This document shows, one piece after another, positions 30,454-39,599 of a stretch of DNA of 64,000 nucleotides (the stretch's first letter is position 1; every line of letters begins with the position of its first letter). The notes beneath the pieces are model-generated. The model saw only the letters and a list, made by a program, of their open reading frames with translations. It was not told the origin of the DNA and made no database searches. Origin of the DNA: Acidobacteriota bacterium. GTDB lineage: Bacteria > Acidobacteriota > UBA6911. The DNA is taken from contig JBBIMP010000029.1 in NCBI GenBank assembly GCA_037444305.1, forward strand, positions 2,758-66,757, given 5' to 3'. Position numbers and translations under genes: made by a program.

Positions 30454-31412
30454 GCCAGAGAGACCGCCACTGGAAGATTGCGCCCGGGGAAACGCCTGCG
30501 CGGCTGGACCACCACCTCGCTGCGCTGCTGCCCGAGCACAGCCGCTCCAGGATCCAGGCCTGGATCCGCGGCGGCCACGTGCGGGTCAATCAAGTCCGCG
30601 TGAAAACCGGCTACATCATCCGCCCGGGCGACGAGATCTCCCTGCTCGAGCCCGAGACCTTCCCTTCCCAGCCCGAGCCGGAGAACCTCCCGCTCAGCAT
30701 CCTGTTCGAAGACCCGGACCTTGCGGTGGTCGACAAGCCTGCCGGCATGACCTGCCACACGGGCGCGGGCATCCGCACCGGAACCCTGGTCAACGCCCTG
30801 CTGTACCACTTCGGCCGCCTGGATGCAGGCGATCCCTCCCGCCCCGGGATCGTTCACCGGCTGGACAAACTGACCAGCGGCGTCCTCGTCGTGGCCCGGA
30901 ATCCGCGGTCCCACCGCCTGCTTTCGGCCCAGTTCAAGAGCCGGCAGGTCGGCAAAGCGTATACCGCCCTCGTCTTCGGCCAACCCAAAGCCGAGCGGGG
31001 CACCATCGACCTGCCGATCGGAAGGGCCCCTGCGAACCGGAAAAAGATCTCCGTCCGCGCGCGCCGGAAAAGAGCCGCGGTTACGCACTACCGGATTGCG
31101 GAGCGCTACGCGCAGCTGACGCTGCTGGACATCACAATCGAAACCGGGAGAACGCACCAGATCCGCGTGCACCTGGCGCACCTGGGCCATCCTGTCGTGG
31201 GGGACACGCTGTACGGCGGGAGGCGCAGCCGCGATATCCACGATCCGCTGCTGAGGGGCGAAATCGAAGGCCTGAACCGGTACTTTCTTCATGCCCGCAG
31301 CCTGGAATTCGATCACCCGCGGACCGGGAAGAGGCTGCGCTTCGAGGCGCCTCTGCCCCTGGAACTGCAACGGCTCCTCGATCTGCTGAAAAGGTGTAGA
31401 CAAAAGCATTAG
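30450..31412 (+). CDS. RluA-family pseudouridine synthase (RluD-like), TTG start overlapping the lgt stop.
   Basis: S4-like N-terminus. HRLDKLTSGVLVVAR catalytic Asp motif. GRTHQIRVHLAHLGHPVVGD. Confidence 0.8.
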   Translation: MSQRDRHWKIAPGETPARLDHHLAALLPEHSRSRIQAWIRGGHVRVNQVRVKTGYIIRPGDEISLLEPETFPSQPEPENLPLSILFEDPDLAVVDKPAGMTCHTGAGIRTGTLVNALLYHFGRLDAGDPSRPGIVHRLDKLTSGVLVVARNPRSHRLLSAQFKSRQVGKAYTALVFGQPKAERGTIDLPIGRAPANRKKISVRARRKRAAVTHYRIAERYAQLTLLDITIETGRTHQIRVHLAHLGHPVVGDTLYGGRRSRDIHDPLLRGEIEGLNRYFLHARSLEFDHPRTGKRLRFEAPLPLELQRLLDLLKRCRQKH

Positions 31413-31435
31413 AGGAAAGCTGAATTGAAGATACA

Positions 31436-31635
31436 CGACAAGCGGAGCCGCGAACGCCAGTGAGCGGTCGGGTGACCCACCAAAGTAACACAACCCGTCG
31501 CTGCCGCTCCGGGCTCCGCGGGCGCCCGACCGGAAATCACGATGGGCAGTTACAGCAGCGTGGAACCGCCGAGGAAAGCCGTGTTGAGGATAACGCGGCA
31601 AGCGGAGCCGCAATTGCCGGTGAGCGATCAGGCGG
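31436..31635 (-). repeat. Copy 4 of the modular interspersed repeat (reverse orientation; B'-linker'-A'-C'-B').
   Basis: gcggagccgcgaacgccagtgagcggtc, acccgtcgctgccgctccgggc and gcagttacagcagcgtggaaccgccgaggaaagccgtgttgagg are reverse complements of modules B, A and C. Confidence 0.7.
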
Positions 31636-31719
31636 CCTGGTTTTCTTGACTCGCCGGGGGCGGCTCCCTATAATTCGCTCATGTAAAACGTCTGCAGCCA
31701 TGGAGATAGAGCGAAAGTC

Positions 31720-32697
31720 ATGCAGCGCAAAATCACCCTCTTGACCCTTGCCGCAATTGCGGGCCTCGCGTTATTCGCCGGTCCGGCGACCCTACCACAG
31801 GGCGTGAGCACGCCGGGAAAAGCCTATTCGGCGGCCCAGCAGCTTCCGTCGAACATCTCGGATCAGACCTACAGGGTCAGCGTGGACCTCATCAATATCT
31901 TCTGTTCCGTCTGGGACAGCAAGACCAATGCCTTCCTGACCAACCTGACGCGCGAGAAGTTCCTCGTCTTCGAGAACGGCGAGAGGCAGGAGATCAAAAA
32001 CTTCAGCCGCGAAACCAACCTGCCGCTGACGATCGCACTGCTGGTGGATACCAGCCAGAGCGTAGCCCCCAAGCTCAAGTTCGCACAGGAGGCCGCCACG
32101 AACTTCTTCTACTCGGTCCTGAAGGAAAGTGACCGGGCGCTGCTGGTCGAGTTCGATTCGGGGGTGACGCTGGTGCAGGATTTCACCAACGATCCCAACA
32201 AGCTGGCCAAGCAGATCCAGACGCTGAGGGCCGCAGGGGGCACCGCGCTCTACGACGCCATCACCCTCACCTGCGACGAGAAACTGATCCGCGAAACGGG
32301 GAGGAAGACCATCGTCATACTTTCGGACGGCGAGGACACGTCGAGCCGGGCCTCGCTCGAGGAGGCACTGGAAATGGCGCTGCGCGCCGAGGCTACGATA
32401 TTCGCCATCAGCATAAACCGGGGCGGTTTCTTCGGCGTGGGGCCGACCAAGGAGGGCGACCGGATTATGAAGAAGCTCTCGGAGGACACCGGCGGCCGGG
32501 CTTTCTTCCCGTTCAAGGTCGAGGAACTGGAGGAGTCCTTCCGGCAGATCAGCCAGGAACTGCGCACCCAATACAACCTGGGTTACATCTCGAACAACCC
32601 GGCGAGGGACGGCAGCTACCGCAGGATCGAAGTCAGGGTGGCGGAGAAGGACACAAAAGCCAGTTACCGGCGCGGTTACTACGCTCCCGGCAACTAG
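31720..32697 (+). CDS. VWA (von Willebrand factor A) domain protein, secreted.
   Basis: Signal peptide. MIDAS-type DTSQS ... TALYDAI ... ILSDGEDT motifs. Confidence 0.8.
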   Translation: MQRKITLLTLAAIAGLALFAGPATLPQGVSTPGKAYSAAQQLPSNISDQTYRVSVDLINIFCSVWDSKTNAFLTNLTREKFLVFENGERQEIKNFSRETNLPLTIALLVDTSQSVAPKLKFAQEAATNFFYSVLKESDRALLVEFDSGVTLVQDFTNDPNKLAKQIQTLRAAGGTALYDAITLTCDEKLIRETGRKTIVILSDGEDTSSRASLEEALEMALRAEATIFAISINRGGFFGVGPTKEGDRIMKKLSEDTGGRAFFPFKVEELEESFRQISQELRTQYNLGYISNNPARDGSYRRIEVRVAEKDTKASYRRGYYAPGN

Positions 32698-32725
32698 GCG
32701 GGCCTTTCAGGATGAGGCCGGAGCC

Positions 32726-33121
32726 TCACACGAGGTGATGCTCCAGCCGGCCTTCCAGCAGGTTCTGTATGCCCGAAATCTGGTCCTGGGCTTCGACCTG
32801 GTGCTCCAGGACGTTCGCGATCAGCTTTTCCGGTTTCCCCTCGAAAAAGCGCGTCAGGATGTCCCGCACCTGGTTGCTGGTCGCCTGCTGGCGCGAGAGA
32901 AGGGGACGGAAAATGTAGGCTCTGCCCAAGCGTGTGTGCGCCAGAACCCCCTTGTCCTCGAGGATTCCCATCAGCGTCAGCACGGTGGTGTAGGCAGTGG
33001 GCTTCTTGAGGCAGAGCTGTTCGCAGACCTCTTTCACGGTTGCCGCGCCCCTGTCCCAAACCACTTTCATTATCTCCAACTCCTGCCGGGTGAGAATGAT
33101 AGCGTTCAGGTCCTTCTTCAT
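32726..33121 (-). CDS. BlaI/MecI/CopY-family transcriptional repressor.
   Basis: LTRQELEIMKVVWDRGAATVKEVCEQL...TAYTTVLTLMGILEDKGVL is the penicillinase-repressor winged helix. 131 aa. Confidence 0.8.
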   Translation of the reverse strand: MKKDLNAIILTRQELEIMKVVWDRGAATVKEVCEQLCLKKPTAYTTVLTLMGILEDKGVLAHTRLGRAYIFRPLLSRQQATSNQVRDILTRFFEGKPEKLIANVLEHQVEAQDQISGIQNLLEGRLEHHLV

Positions 33122-33325
33122 TTCCCCTCCTGAAACTTGAAATCTCCCGTCATCGAGGCCCTTTCCGACCGTGGCTCCGATGCTCTTAATACGCTCCGAG
33201 GAAGTCCCTTATTTCTGTCTTTTTTTCCAAAACATTGGAATTGTTTGAGAGAGATGGCTGAATGCGTGCACGGCAGCTTCGGGACCGCTGGGGCGCCGCC
33301 GGAGAAGCAGGGGGAACGCCACCGC

Positions 33326-34384
33326 TCAGCGGGATCTCTCGACGGGATCGTCCAGCCCTGCCTCCAGGCGGGCGGCAAGGCTTGCGCTTTCCGGGTCGGC
33401 GGTGGCGAACCGGATCTCTTTTGCGGACTTCACCCCCAGCTCGAGTTCCACCGCCCGCTTGATCTGCGGCTGGTCGAACACCCGCCCTTCACGCAGCGTT
33501 GCACCGGCGCCATTGAGGCGCAGCAGGACCACGCCCGCCGCATCCAGCGCCACCCGGTCGGCGGCCGCCAAAGCCGCCGCGGGCGCAGCCCGCTCGCCCT
33601 CCTCGGGACCGCCGCTGCAGAACACCTCCGCGGCATCCATCACCACCACTACAGGGCGGTAGAGCTGGTTGATTTCGGCTATCATCGACTGCTGATCCGG
33701 GGACGAATGGAGCTCCTCCATATAGTTCCAGCGGTCCGGCAGGATTGTCGACTGCTTTGCCAGCAGGCCCACCGAGTTCTTGAGGCTGGCGCTGAAAACC
33801 CCGCCGAAACGGTGCGTCTTCAGATTGCAGGTCTGGACTATGCAGGCATCTTTGAGAAACAGCGGCACCTCGACGCCGTTTTTCCAGTGGGACCCGGGCA
33901 ATGCCTCCTGCCTCCACTCTCCTTCCGGCAGGTCTTCGAGCGCCAGAAGCTCGATGCCCAGTTCCCGGGCGATCTCGGTCATCCCGAGTTTGCTCCAGAC
34001 ATCCCGGGTCCGTCCCATCCCGCTCCGCTCCACCAGCGTCACCCTGCCGCACTCTTTTTCCCTGAGCCAGCCGACGATGGCCCGCAGGGCATCCGGGTGG
34101 GTGCTCGCCGGATAGGGATCCGGACTGTTGAAGCTGCCCTTCAGGAGCACGTCTCTTCCTTCGAAGGAGGGCGGATCCACGAGCCGCAGTGCCGTTGCAA
34201 TGGCCGCCCTGCGATCGGGATTGCGCGCAACCGCCACCGCCGCCCCGGCCGGCTCCTGCTCCTCCTGACGCGGCCGGGCCAAGGTCAGGCCGACCGCTCC
34301 ACAGCCGACGCGGCGGCCGAACTCCCGCCTGCTGATACGCCCGCAGCCCGGCAAGAAATCTCTGGAAGGCTTCATGGTTCCCAT
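33326..34384 (-). CDS. DUF362 domain protein with twin-arginine (Tat) signal.
   Basis: SRREFGRRVGCGAVGLTLA is a Tat motif. The body matches the DUF362 length and composition. The start could be 34375 (MKPS). Confidence 0.6.
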   Translation of the reverse strand: MGTMKPSRDFLPGCGRISRREFGRRVGCGAVGLTLARPRQEEQEPAGAAVAVARNPDRRAAIATALRLVDPPSFEGRDVLLKGSFNSPDPYPASTHPDALRAIVGWLREKECGRVTLVERSGMGRTRDVWSKLGMTEIARELGIELLALEDLPEGEWRQEALPGSHWKNGVEVPLFLKDACIVQTCNLKTHRFGGVFSASLKNSVGLLAKQSTILPDRWNYMEELHSSPDQQSMIAEINQLYRPVVVVMDAAEVFCSGGPEEGERAAPAAALAAADRVALDAAGVVLLRLNGAGATLREGRVFDQPQIKRAVELELGVKSAKEIRFATADPESASLAARLEAGLDDPVERSR

Positions 34385-34406
34385 GTTATCCAGATACCGG
34401 AGGTGC

Positions 34407-34625
34407 CATGCAAGAAAAAGTGCTGATCTTCGGAAAGAACTCCTGACCCTACACCCTGCAGGCCCGTGCGGCCTATGAAGAAAAGGGCGTGCCCTTCGAA
34501 TACAAAGACGTCCTGCAGGACCGGGCGGCTTTGCAGGAAATGATGCGGTACTCGGCGGGCCGGCGTTTCGTACCGGTCATCGTGGACGGCGGCCGGGTTG
34601 AAGTGGGATTCGCCGGAGGCTCCTG
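34407..34625 (+). CDS. Glutaredoxin/NrdH-like protein with an in-frame UGA at the first active-site Cys position. It is either a candidate selenoprotein or a recently inactivated grx pseudogene.
   Basis: GGAGG-4nt-ATG. The translation MQEKVLIFGKNS-U-PYTLQARAAYEEKGVPFEYKDV...GRRFVPVIVDGGRVEVG aligns over its full length to Grx (..YTKETCPYCHRAKALLSSKGVSF...GRTTVPQIFIDAQHIGG). TGA at 34443-34445. A small hairpin lies 13 nt downstream. Confidence 0.45.
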
Positions 34626-34707
34626 ACACATCTGAGGCCCGCAGTTGCGGGCCCGCCCCCGGCCGACTCTCGCAGCGCCGGCCTTCATTCCCGGCGGACA
34701 GGACTCC

Positions 34708-35898
34708 GTGAAACGCAACATTCTGATCCACTACCACGAGATAAACCTCAAGCGGAACAACCGCGGCTGGTTCGAAAGCCGCCTGCACCACCACGTGGAA
34801 TCCCTGCTCCGGGACATCCCGCACGACGGCGTCACCCGCTTCGGCGGGCGTATGCTGATCGCCGTGCGGGATGAGAGCCTGCTGCCGGAGGTCGGGAAAC
34901 GGCTGCGCGGCGTCTTCGGCATCGCCAACTTCGCGCTCACCTGGGAGGCGCCCGCGGACATGGACGCCGTCAAGTCCGCCCTGGCGGCGCTGCTGCAAAG
35001 CAGGGCTTTCGAGTCCTTCAAGATCGACGCCCGCCGCGGGACCAAGAAGTTTCCCTTCAATTCCCAGCAGGTCAACGTGGAGCTGGGCGCATTCGTGCAG
35101 AAGCTGACCGGCGCCGCCGTACGCATGGAGAATCCCGACCTGACCTGTTTCGTGGAGCTGGTCGGCGACCGCGCGTTCCTCTATTTCGAGAAAATCCCCG
35201 GCTCCGGCGGCCTCCCTTCGCGCACCGGAGGCAAGGTGCTCTGCCTTCTCTCCGGGGGGATCGATTCCCCGGTTGCCGCTTATCGCATGCTCCGCCGCGG
35301 CTGCCAGGTGCGCTACCTCCACTTCCACAGCTTCCCCCACACGAGCCGGGAGTCGCAGGACAAGGTCCGCCGCCTGCTGCAGATCCTGGCCCGCTTCCAG
35401 CTCGCGGCGCGGCTGCACCTCGTGCCGTTCACGGACGTCCAGCGCGAAATCGTGGCCTATGCCCCCCCGCCGCTCCGCGTGGTCCTCTACCGGCGGTTCA
35501 TGGTGCGCATTGCGGACGCGCTGGCCGCCAAGGAGAGCATCTCTGCGCTGGTCACCGGCGACAGCCTGGGCCAGGTTGCCAGCCAGACGCTGGAGAACCT
35601 CCGGGTGGTCTCGGCCGCCGCCCGGCTGCCCATCTTCCGCCCGCTCATCGGGGACGACAAGGAGGACATCATCCGGCTCGCGCGCGAAATCGGTACTTAC
35701 GAAATCAGCATTCTCCCCGACCAGGACTGCTGCACCATGTTCGTGCCGCGGCACCCGGAGACCATGGCCCGGCTCGAGCAGGTCGAGCAGGCCGAGGCCG
35801 CGCTGGACGTCGGCCGGCTCGTCGAAGCCGCGCTCGCAGGCTCCAGCCGCGAGACGGTCGAGGCCGACTTTTCCAGGGCTCATCCCAGCCTGGTGTGA
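34708..35898 (+). CDS. thiI: tRNA 4-thiouridine(8) synthase ThiI (no rhodanese domain).
   Basis: THUMP region, then the PP-loop [16 protein letters not shown] start at 34708 ([16 protein letters not shown]) fits ThiI N-termini. Confidence 0.8.
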   Translation: MKRNILIHYHEINLKRNNRGWFESRLHHHVESLLRDIPHDGVTRFGGRMLIAVRDESLLPEVGKRLRGVFGIANFALTWEAPADMDAVKSALAALLQSRAFESFKIDARRGTKKFPFNSQQVNVELGAFVQKLTGAAVRMENPDLTCFVELVGDRAFLYFEKIPGSGGLPSRTGGKVLCLLSGGIDSPVAAYRMLRRGCQVRYLHFHSFPHTSRESQDKVRRLLQILARFQLAARLHLVPFTDVQREIVAYAPPPLRVVLYRRFMVRIADALAAKESISALVTGDSLGQVASQTLENLRVVSAAARLPIFRPLIGDDKEDIIRLAREIGTYEISILPDQDCCTMFVPRHPETMARLEQVEQAEAALDVGRLVEAALAGSSRETVEADFSRAHPSLV

Positions 35899-35918
35899 AA
35901 AATGAGAAAGGGACTGCC

Positions 35919-36461
35919 ATGAGCCGGAGAATCGAGGTTCTTCAGGGCGACATCACGCTGCGGAAGGTGGACGCCATCGTCAATGCGGCCAACAGCTCGC
36001 TGCTGGGCGGCGGCGGCGTGGATGGAGCCATCCACCGCGCGGCCGGGCCCCGGCTGCTGGAGGAGTGCCGCACCCTGGGCGGATGCCCCACCGGATCGGC
36101 CAGGATCACCGCGGGGTACAACCTGCCCGCCGCGCACGTGATCCACACCGTCGGCCCGGTCTGGCGCGGCGGCGATGCGGGCGAAGGCGAACTGCTGGCC
36201 TCCTGCTACCGCAAGTCGCTCGAGCTGGCCAGGGAGCACCGGCTGAAATCGGTCGCCTTCCCTTCGATCAGCACCGGCGCCTACCGGTTCCCCGTCGACC
36301 GCGCCGCGCGGATCGCCGTCCGTGAAATCGCCGCCTTCCTGTCCGAACACGACCTGCCGGAGCGCGTGCAGATCGTCTGCTTCGACGCCGCCACCAGGGA
36401 CTGCTACAGCAGAGCTCTCGCCGCTTTTGAGTCCACAGCAGCCACGGATTTCACGGACTGA
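35919..36461 (+). CDS. Macro-domain protein (O-acetyl-ADP-ribose deacetylase, YmdB-like).
   Basis: [37 protein letters not shown] ... [18 protein letters not shown] before the ATG at 35919. Confidence 0.8.
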   Translation: MSRRIEVLQGDITLRKVDAIVNAANSSLLGGGGVDGAIHRAAGPRLLEECRTLGGCPTGSARITAGYNLPAAHVIHTVGPVWRGGDAGEGELLASCYRKSLELAREHRLKSVAFPSISTGAYRFPVDRAARIAVREIAAFLSEHDLPERVQIVCFDAATRDCYSRALAAFESTAATDFTD

Positions 36462-36532
36462 GTGGATTTCTCCATGGTCGGGCCGGCAGCCGCTGAATGG
36501 CTGATTCCGTAGAATCTGTGAAATCTGTGGCC
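36441..36532. terminator. CACGGAT-family palindromic element overlapping the macro-gene stop.
   Basis: gccacggatttcacggactgagtggatttc ... attccgtagaatctgtgaaatctgtggc. Confidence 0.45.
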
Positions 36533-36562
36533 AGCCGGATTTTCAGCTTTTGATTTTCTGAA

Positions 36563-36591
36563 CTTGACAGGCGCATTTTCAATTGTATAAT
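36563..36591 (+). promoter_or_regulatory. Near-consensus sigma-70 promoter TTGACA-16-TATAAT for the arsR-czc efflux operon. Flanking direct repeats GCGCATTT are a possible ArsR operator.
   Basis: aacttgacaggcgcattttcaattgtataatagttgcgcatttgg. Confidence 0.55.
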
Positions 36592-36619
36592 AGTTGCGCA
36601 TTTGGGAAACATATAGACT

Positions 36620-36985
36620 ATGAAACGTACAACGCGCAACGACAAAGAGACTCTGCGGAAAATCCTCGAGCTGCAGTGCGAGATCTGCAAGGCCATGGGG
36701 CACCCGCTGCGGCTGGAGATCGTCGAGCACCTGCACGGCGGGGAGCTGTCCGCCGCCGCCCTGCTGGACCTGCTGGAGACGTCCAAGGCGAACCTGTCCA
36801 AGCACATCTCCCAGATGACCAAGGCCGGGATCGTAGACCAGAGACGCGAAGGCCGGCAGGCCTACTACCGCCTCACGCACCCCGAGATCCACGAAGCCTG
36901 CTCTCTCATGCGCTCGGTTCTCTACCGCCGGCTGAAGGAAGGCGGGAAACTGGCGCAGGCGCTGAGATCCCCGGAGGGGCGCTGA
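36620..36985 (+). CDS. ArsR/SmtB-family metalloregulator.
   Basis: ELQCEICKAMGHPLRLEIVEHL ... ANLSKHISQMTKAGIV is the ArsR HTH. 121 aa. Confidence 0.8.
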   Translation: MKRTTRNDKETLRKILELQCEICKAMGHPLRLEIVEHLHGGELSAAALLDLLETSKANLSKHISQMTKAGIVDQRREGRQAYYRLTHPEIHEACSLMRSVLYRRLKEGGKLAQALRSPEGR

Positions 36986-37019
36986 GCCATCGAACCACAG
37001 CCGCCATTCAGGTGAAACC

Positions 37020-38390
37020 ATGAAAAACCTTGCCCGAGTTCATTTTCTGATCCTGGCCGCGACGCTGGCCGGCGCGGGTCTCGCGGCCCCCGCCGGCGCC
37101 CAGCAGCCGCTGACCCTGCGGGAGTTCGTCACCCGCGTGCTGGAGCACAATCCCGACCTCGCCGCCGACGGCCCCGCGCGGGAAGCGGCGCGCGCCGACC
37201 TGCAGGCCAGCCGCGCCGGCTACCTCCCCCGGCTGGATTTCGAGCAGTCCTACGCCGGGGGCAACAATCCCGTTTACGTCTTCGGAACGCTGCTTACCCA
37301 GCGGCGGTTTACCGCGGCGAATTTCGCGCTCTCCTCGCTGAATTCCCCGGATGCGGTGGACAACCTGCAGACCCGACTGTCCGCCCGGCAGACCCTGTGG
37401 GATTTCGGCCGGACAAAGCGGCGGATGGAGTCGGCGGCAACCGGCGCGGAGCTGGTCGACCGGGGTCACGAGAACCACGTCCGGCACGTTCTGCTGGCGG
37501 CCCTGGACACATATTATTCCGTCTCGCTGGCGCGCGAGGCGCACCGGGCGTCGCAGGTCGCACTGGAATCGGCCGCGGCCATTCACGCGCAGGCAAGATC
37601 CAGAGTCGAGAGCGGCCTGGCCGTGGAAGCCGACCTGCTCCGCAGCCAGGCGCACCTGGCCGCCGCGCGCCAGCGCGAGATCCAGGCGCGCAGCCACCTG
37701 GAAACAGCCCGCGCCGCCCTGAACCGGATCATGGGGCAGCCGCTGGATTCCCCGCTCGGCGAAACCGCGCCGCTCGCCCCGGCAGCGCTGCCGCTTCCTA
37801 CCGAAGAGTCGCTCGCGGCGGAACAGCTCGCGCGGCGCCCCGACTACCAGGCCAAGCTGGCCGAGATGCGTCTCGCGGAACTGGAGGTTCGGAACGGCAG
37901 GGGCGAGTTCCTCCCGGTAGTGGGGGCGTTTGCCTCCTGGGAGATGGACAATCCCTCGCTGAAGGACTACGGGGGGAACAACTGGACCGCGGGCGTGAGC
38001 CTGCGCTGGAACCTTTTTGCCGGCGGGGCCGATGCGGCGCGCCTGCAGGCGGCCCGCCACCGGCTGGAACAGCGGCAGCGCGAGCTGCGGGCCCTGGAAT
38101 CCGCCATGGCCCTCGAGCTCCGGGCATCGCTCCTCCAGGCGAAGGCCGCGGAGGAGCAGGTGGATGTGACCCGCGCAGCCCAGGCACAGGCCGAGGAGGG
38201 ACTTCGCATCCTGAAAAACCGTTATGACGCCGGCCTGGCCACCATGACCGACCTGCTCTCGGCCGAAACCGCCAGAGCGGCCGCCAGGACCGCTTTTGCC
38301 GAAGCCGTGTATCACCACAGGATCAGCTTTGCCGGGCTGGAGTCTGCTGCCGGCCTGCTGAGCCCTTCATCCAAAGCCACACAACCCTGA
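37020..38390 (+). CDS. TolC-family outer membrane efflux protein.
   Basis: Signal peptide. Two OEP repeats rich in Ala, Leu, Arg and Gln. Confidence 0.85.
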   Translation: MKNLARVHFLILAATLAGAGLAAPAGAQQPLTLREFVTRVLEHNPDLAADGPAREAARADLQASRAGYLPRLDFEQSYAGGNNPVYVFGTLLTQRRFTAANFALSSLNSPDAVDNLQTRLSARQTLWDFGRTKRRMESAATGAELVDRGHENHVRHVLLAALDTYYSVSLAREAHRASQVALESAAAIHAQARSRVESGLAVEADLLRSQAHLAAARQREIQARSHLETARAALNRIMGQPLDSPLGETAPLAPAALPLPTEESLAAEQLARRPDYQAKLAEMRLAELEVRNGRGEFLPVVGAFASWEMDNPSLKDYGGNNWTAGVSLRWNLFAGGADAARLQAARHRLEQRQRELRALESAMALELRASLLQAKAAEEQVDVTRAAQAQAEEGLRILKNRYDAGLATMTDLLSAETARAAARTAFAEAVYHHRISFAGLESAAGLLSPSSKATQP

Positions 38391-38405
38391 AAAGGTGACG
38401 GAAAC

Positions 38406-39599
38406 ATGCGCAGATACTCATACATGCCAGTTTTACTTGCCGCAGCGGCGCTCTTCGCCGGCGCCTGCCAGGAGTCCCCGCGGGGCTCCGCACCGTTGAA
38501 GCCCATTCCGGCCGAGGTTTTCACGGCCTCCTACGAGGAGGTCCCGGCGTCGATCGCGGTTCCCGGTTCGGTGCAGGCAAGATACAGGACGGTGATCTCC
38601 TCGCAGATCAACGGCTTCGTCAAGGACGCCCGCGTCAAGGCCGGCGCCTCAGTAAGCGAGGGCCAGGTGCTCATGACGCTCGATGCCCGCGACGCGGAAA
38701 GCCAGAAGGCCGCCGCAGCCGCAGGCCTCGCAGAGGCCCGCGCGGCCCTGGACGAGGCCCGCAAGGCGGCCGCCGCCGCCGCCAACATGCGCGACGCCGC
38801 CAAAGCCTCGGCCAACCTCGCCGAGAACACCCACGCCCGCTACCTTAAGCTGTTCGAGACCAAGTCGGTTTCGCCCCAGGAGCTTGACGAGGTGAAGGCG
38901 CGCCGCGATGCCGCCGCCGCAGATCTCGCCGCCCGCGAGACCATGGCGGCCGCAGCCCAGGACCGTCTCCGGCAGGTCGAAGCCCGCATTGATCAGGCCG
39001 GCGCCCAGGCGCAGCGGGCCGACGTCCTGCTGGGCTGGACCGTCATCAAGGCCCCTGCGGCCGGCAGGATTGCCGAACGCTCCGTGGATCCCGGATCCGC
39101 GGTGTTCCCCGGCAGTCCCCTGCTGGTGCTGGAATCGACCGTCGTCCCGCAGGTGCTGGCGGACATGCCCGCCGGCCAGGCCGACCTGCTGCGCACGGGG
39201 CTCCAAGTTACCGTCCTTGAACCGGGTACGTCTGCCGCCCTGCAGGGCGCCGTCTCGGAGATCATCCCCGTGTCCGTCCCCGGAACGCACACGGTGCGGT
39301 TCAAGGTGGACATGCCGGCCGGCTTCTCCGCTCCCTCGGGCCGCTTCGTGGAGGTGCGCGTGCCCTCCGGAAGCCGCCGCATCATGCTGGTCCCGCGCCG
39401 GTCGCTGCGCCAAACCGGCCAGCTCACCGGCGTCTTCGTGGTCGACGCCTCCGCCAGCGCGCGCTTCCGCCTGGTGAAAACCGCTCCCTACGACGCCGAC
39501 AGGATCGAGCTGCTCTCGGGGCTGGACGCAGGCGAAAAGATCATCCGGTCGCCGGGTTCGCAGATCCTGGACGGCACCCCCGTGGAGGTCAGGCAATGA
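38406..39599 (+). CDS. Efflux RND periplasmic adaptor (membrane fusion protein, CzcB/CusB-like).
   Basis: Lipoprotein-like signal (LFAGAC), coiled-coil hairpin, beta-barrel domains. Confidence 0.85.
   Translation: MRRYSYMPVLLAAAALFAGACQESPRGSAPLKPIPAEVFTASYEEVPASIAVPGSVQARYRTVISSQINGFVKDARVKAGASVSEGQVLMTLDARDAESQKAAAAAGLAEARAALDEARKAAAAAANMRDAAKASANLAENTHARYLKLFETKSVSPQELDEVKARRDAAAADLAARETMAAAAQDRLRQVEARIDQAGAQAQRADVLLGWTVIKAPAAGRIAERSVDPGSAVFPGSPLLVLESTVVPQVLADMPAGQADLLRTGLQVTVLEPGTSAALQGAVSEIIPVSVPGTHTVRFKVDMPAGFSAPSGRFVEVRVPSGSRRIMLVPRRSLRQTGQLTGVFVVDASASARFRLVKTAPYDADRIELLSGLDAGEKIIRSPGSQILDGTPVEVRQ

Noticed and set aside
34372-35883. 503-aa minus-strand ORF.
   Set aside because: It lies antisense to thiI and to the glutaredoxin-like gene. 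The plus-strand products have clear homology (PP-loop, Grx fold).
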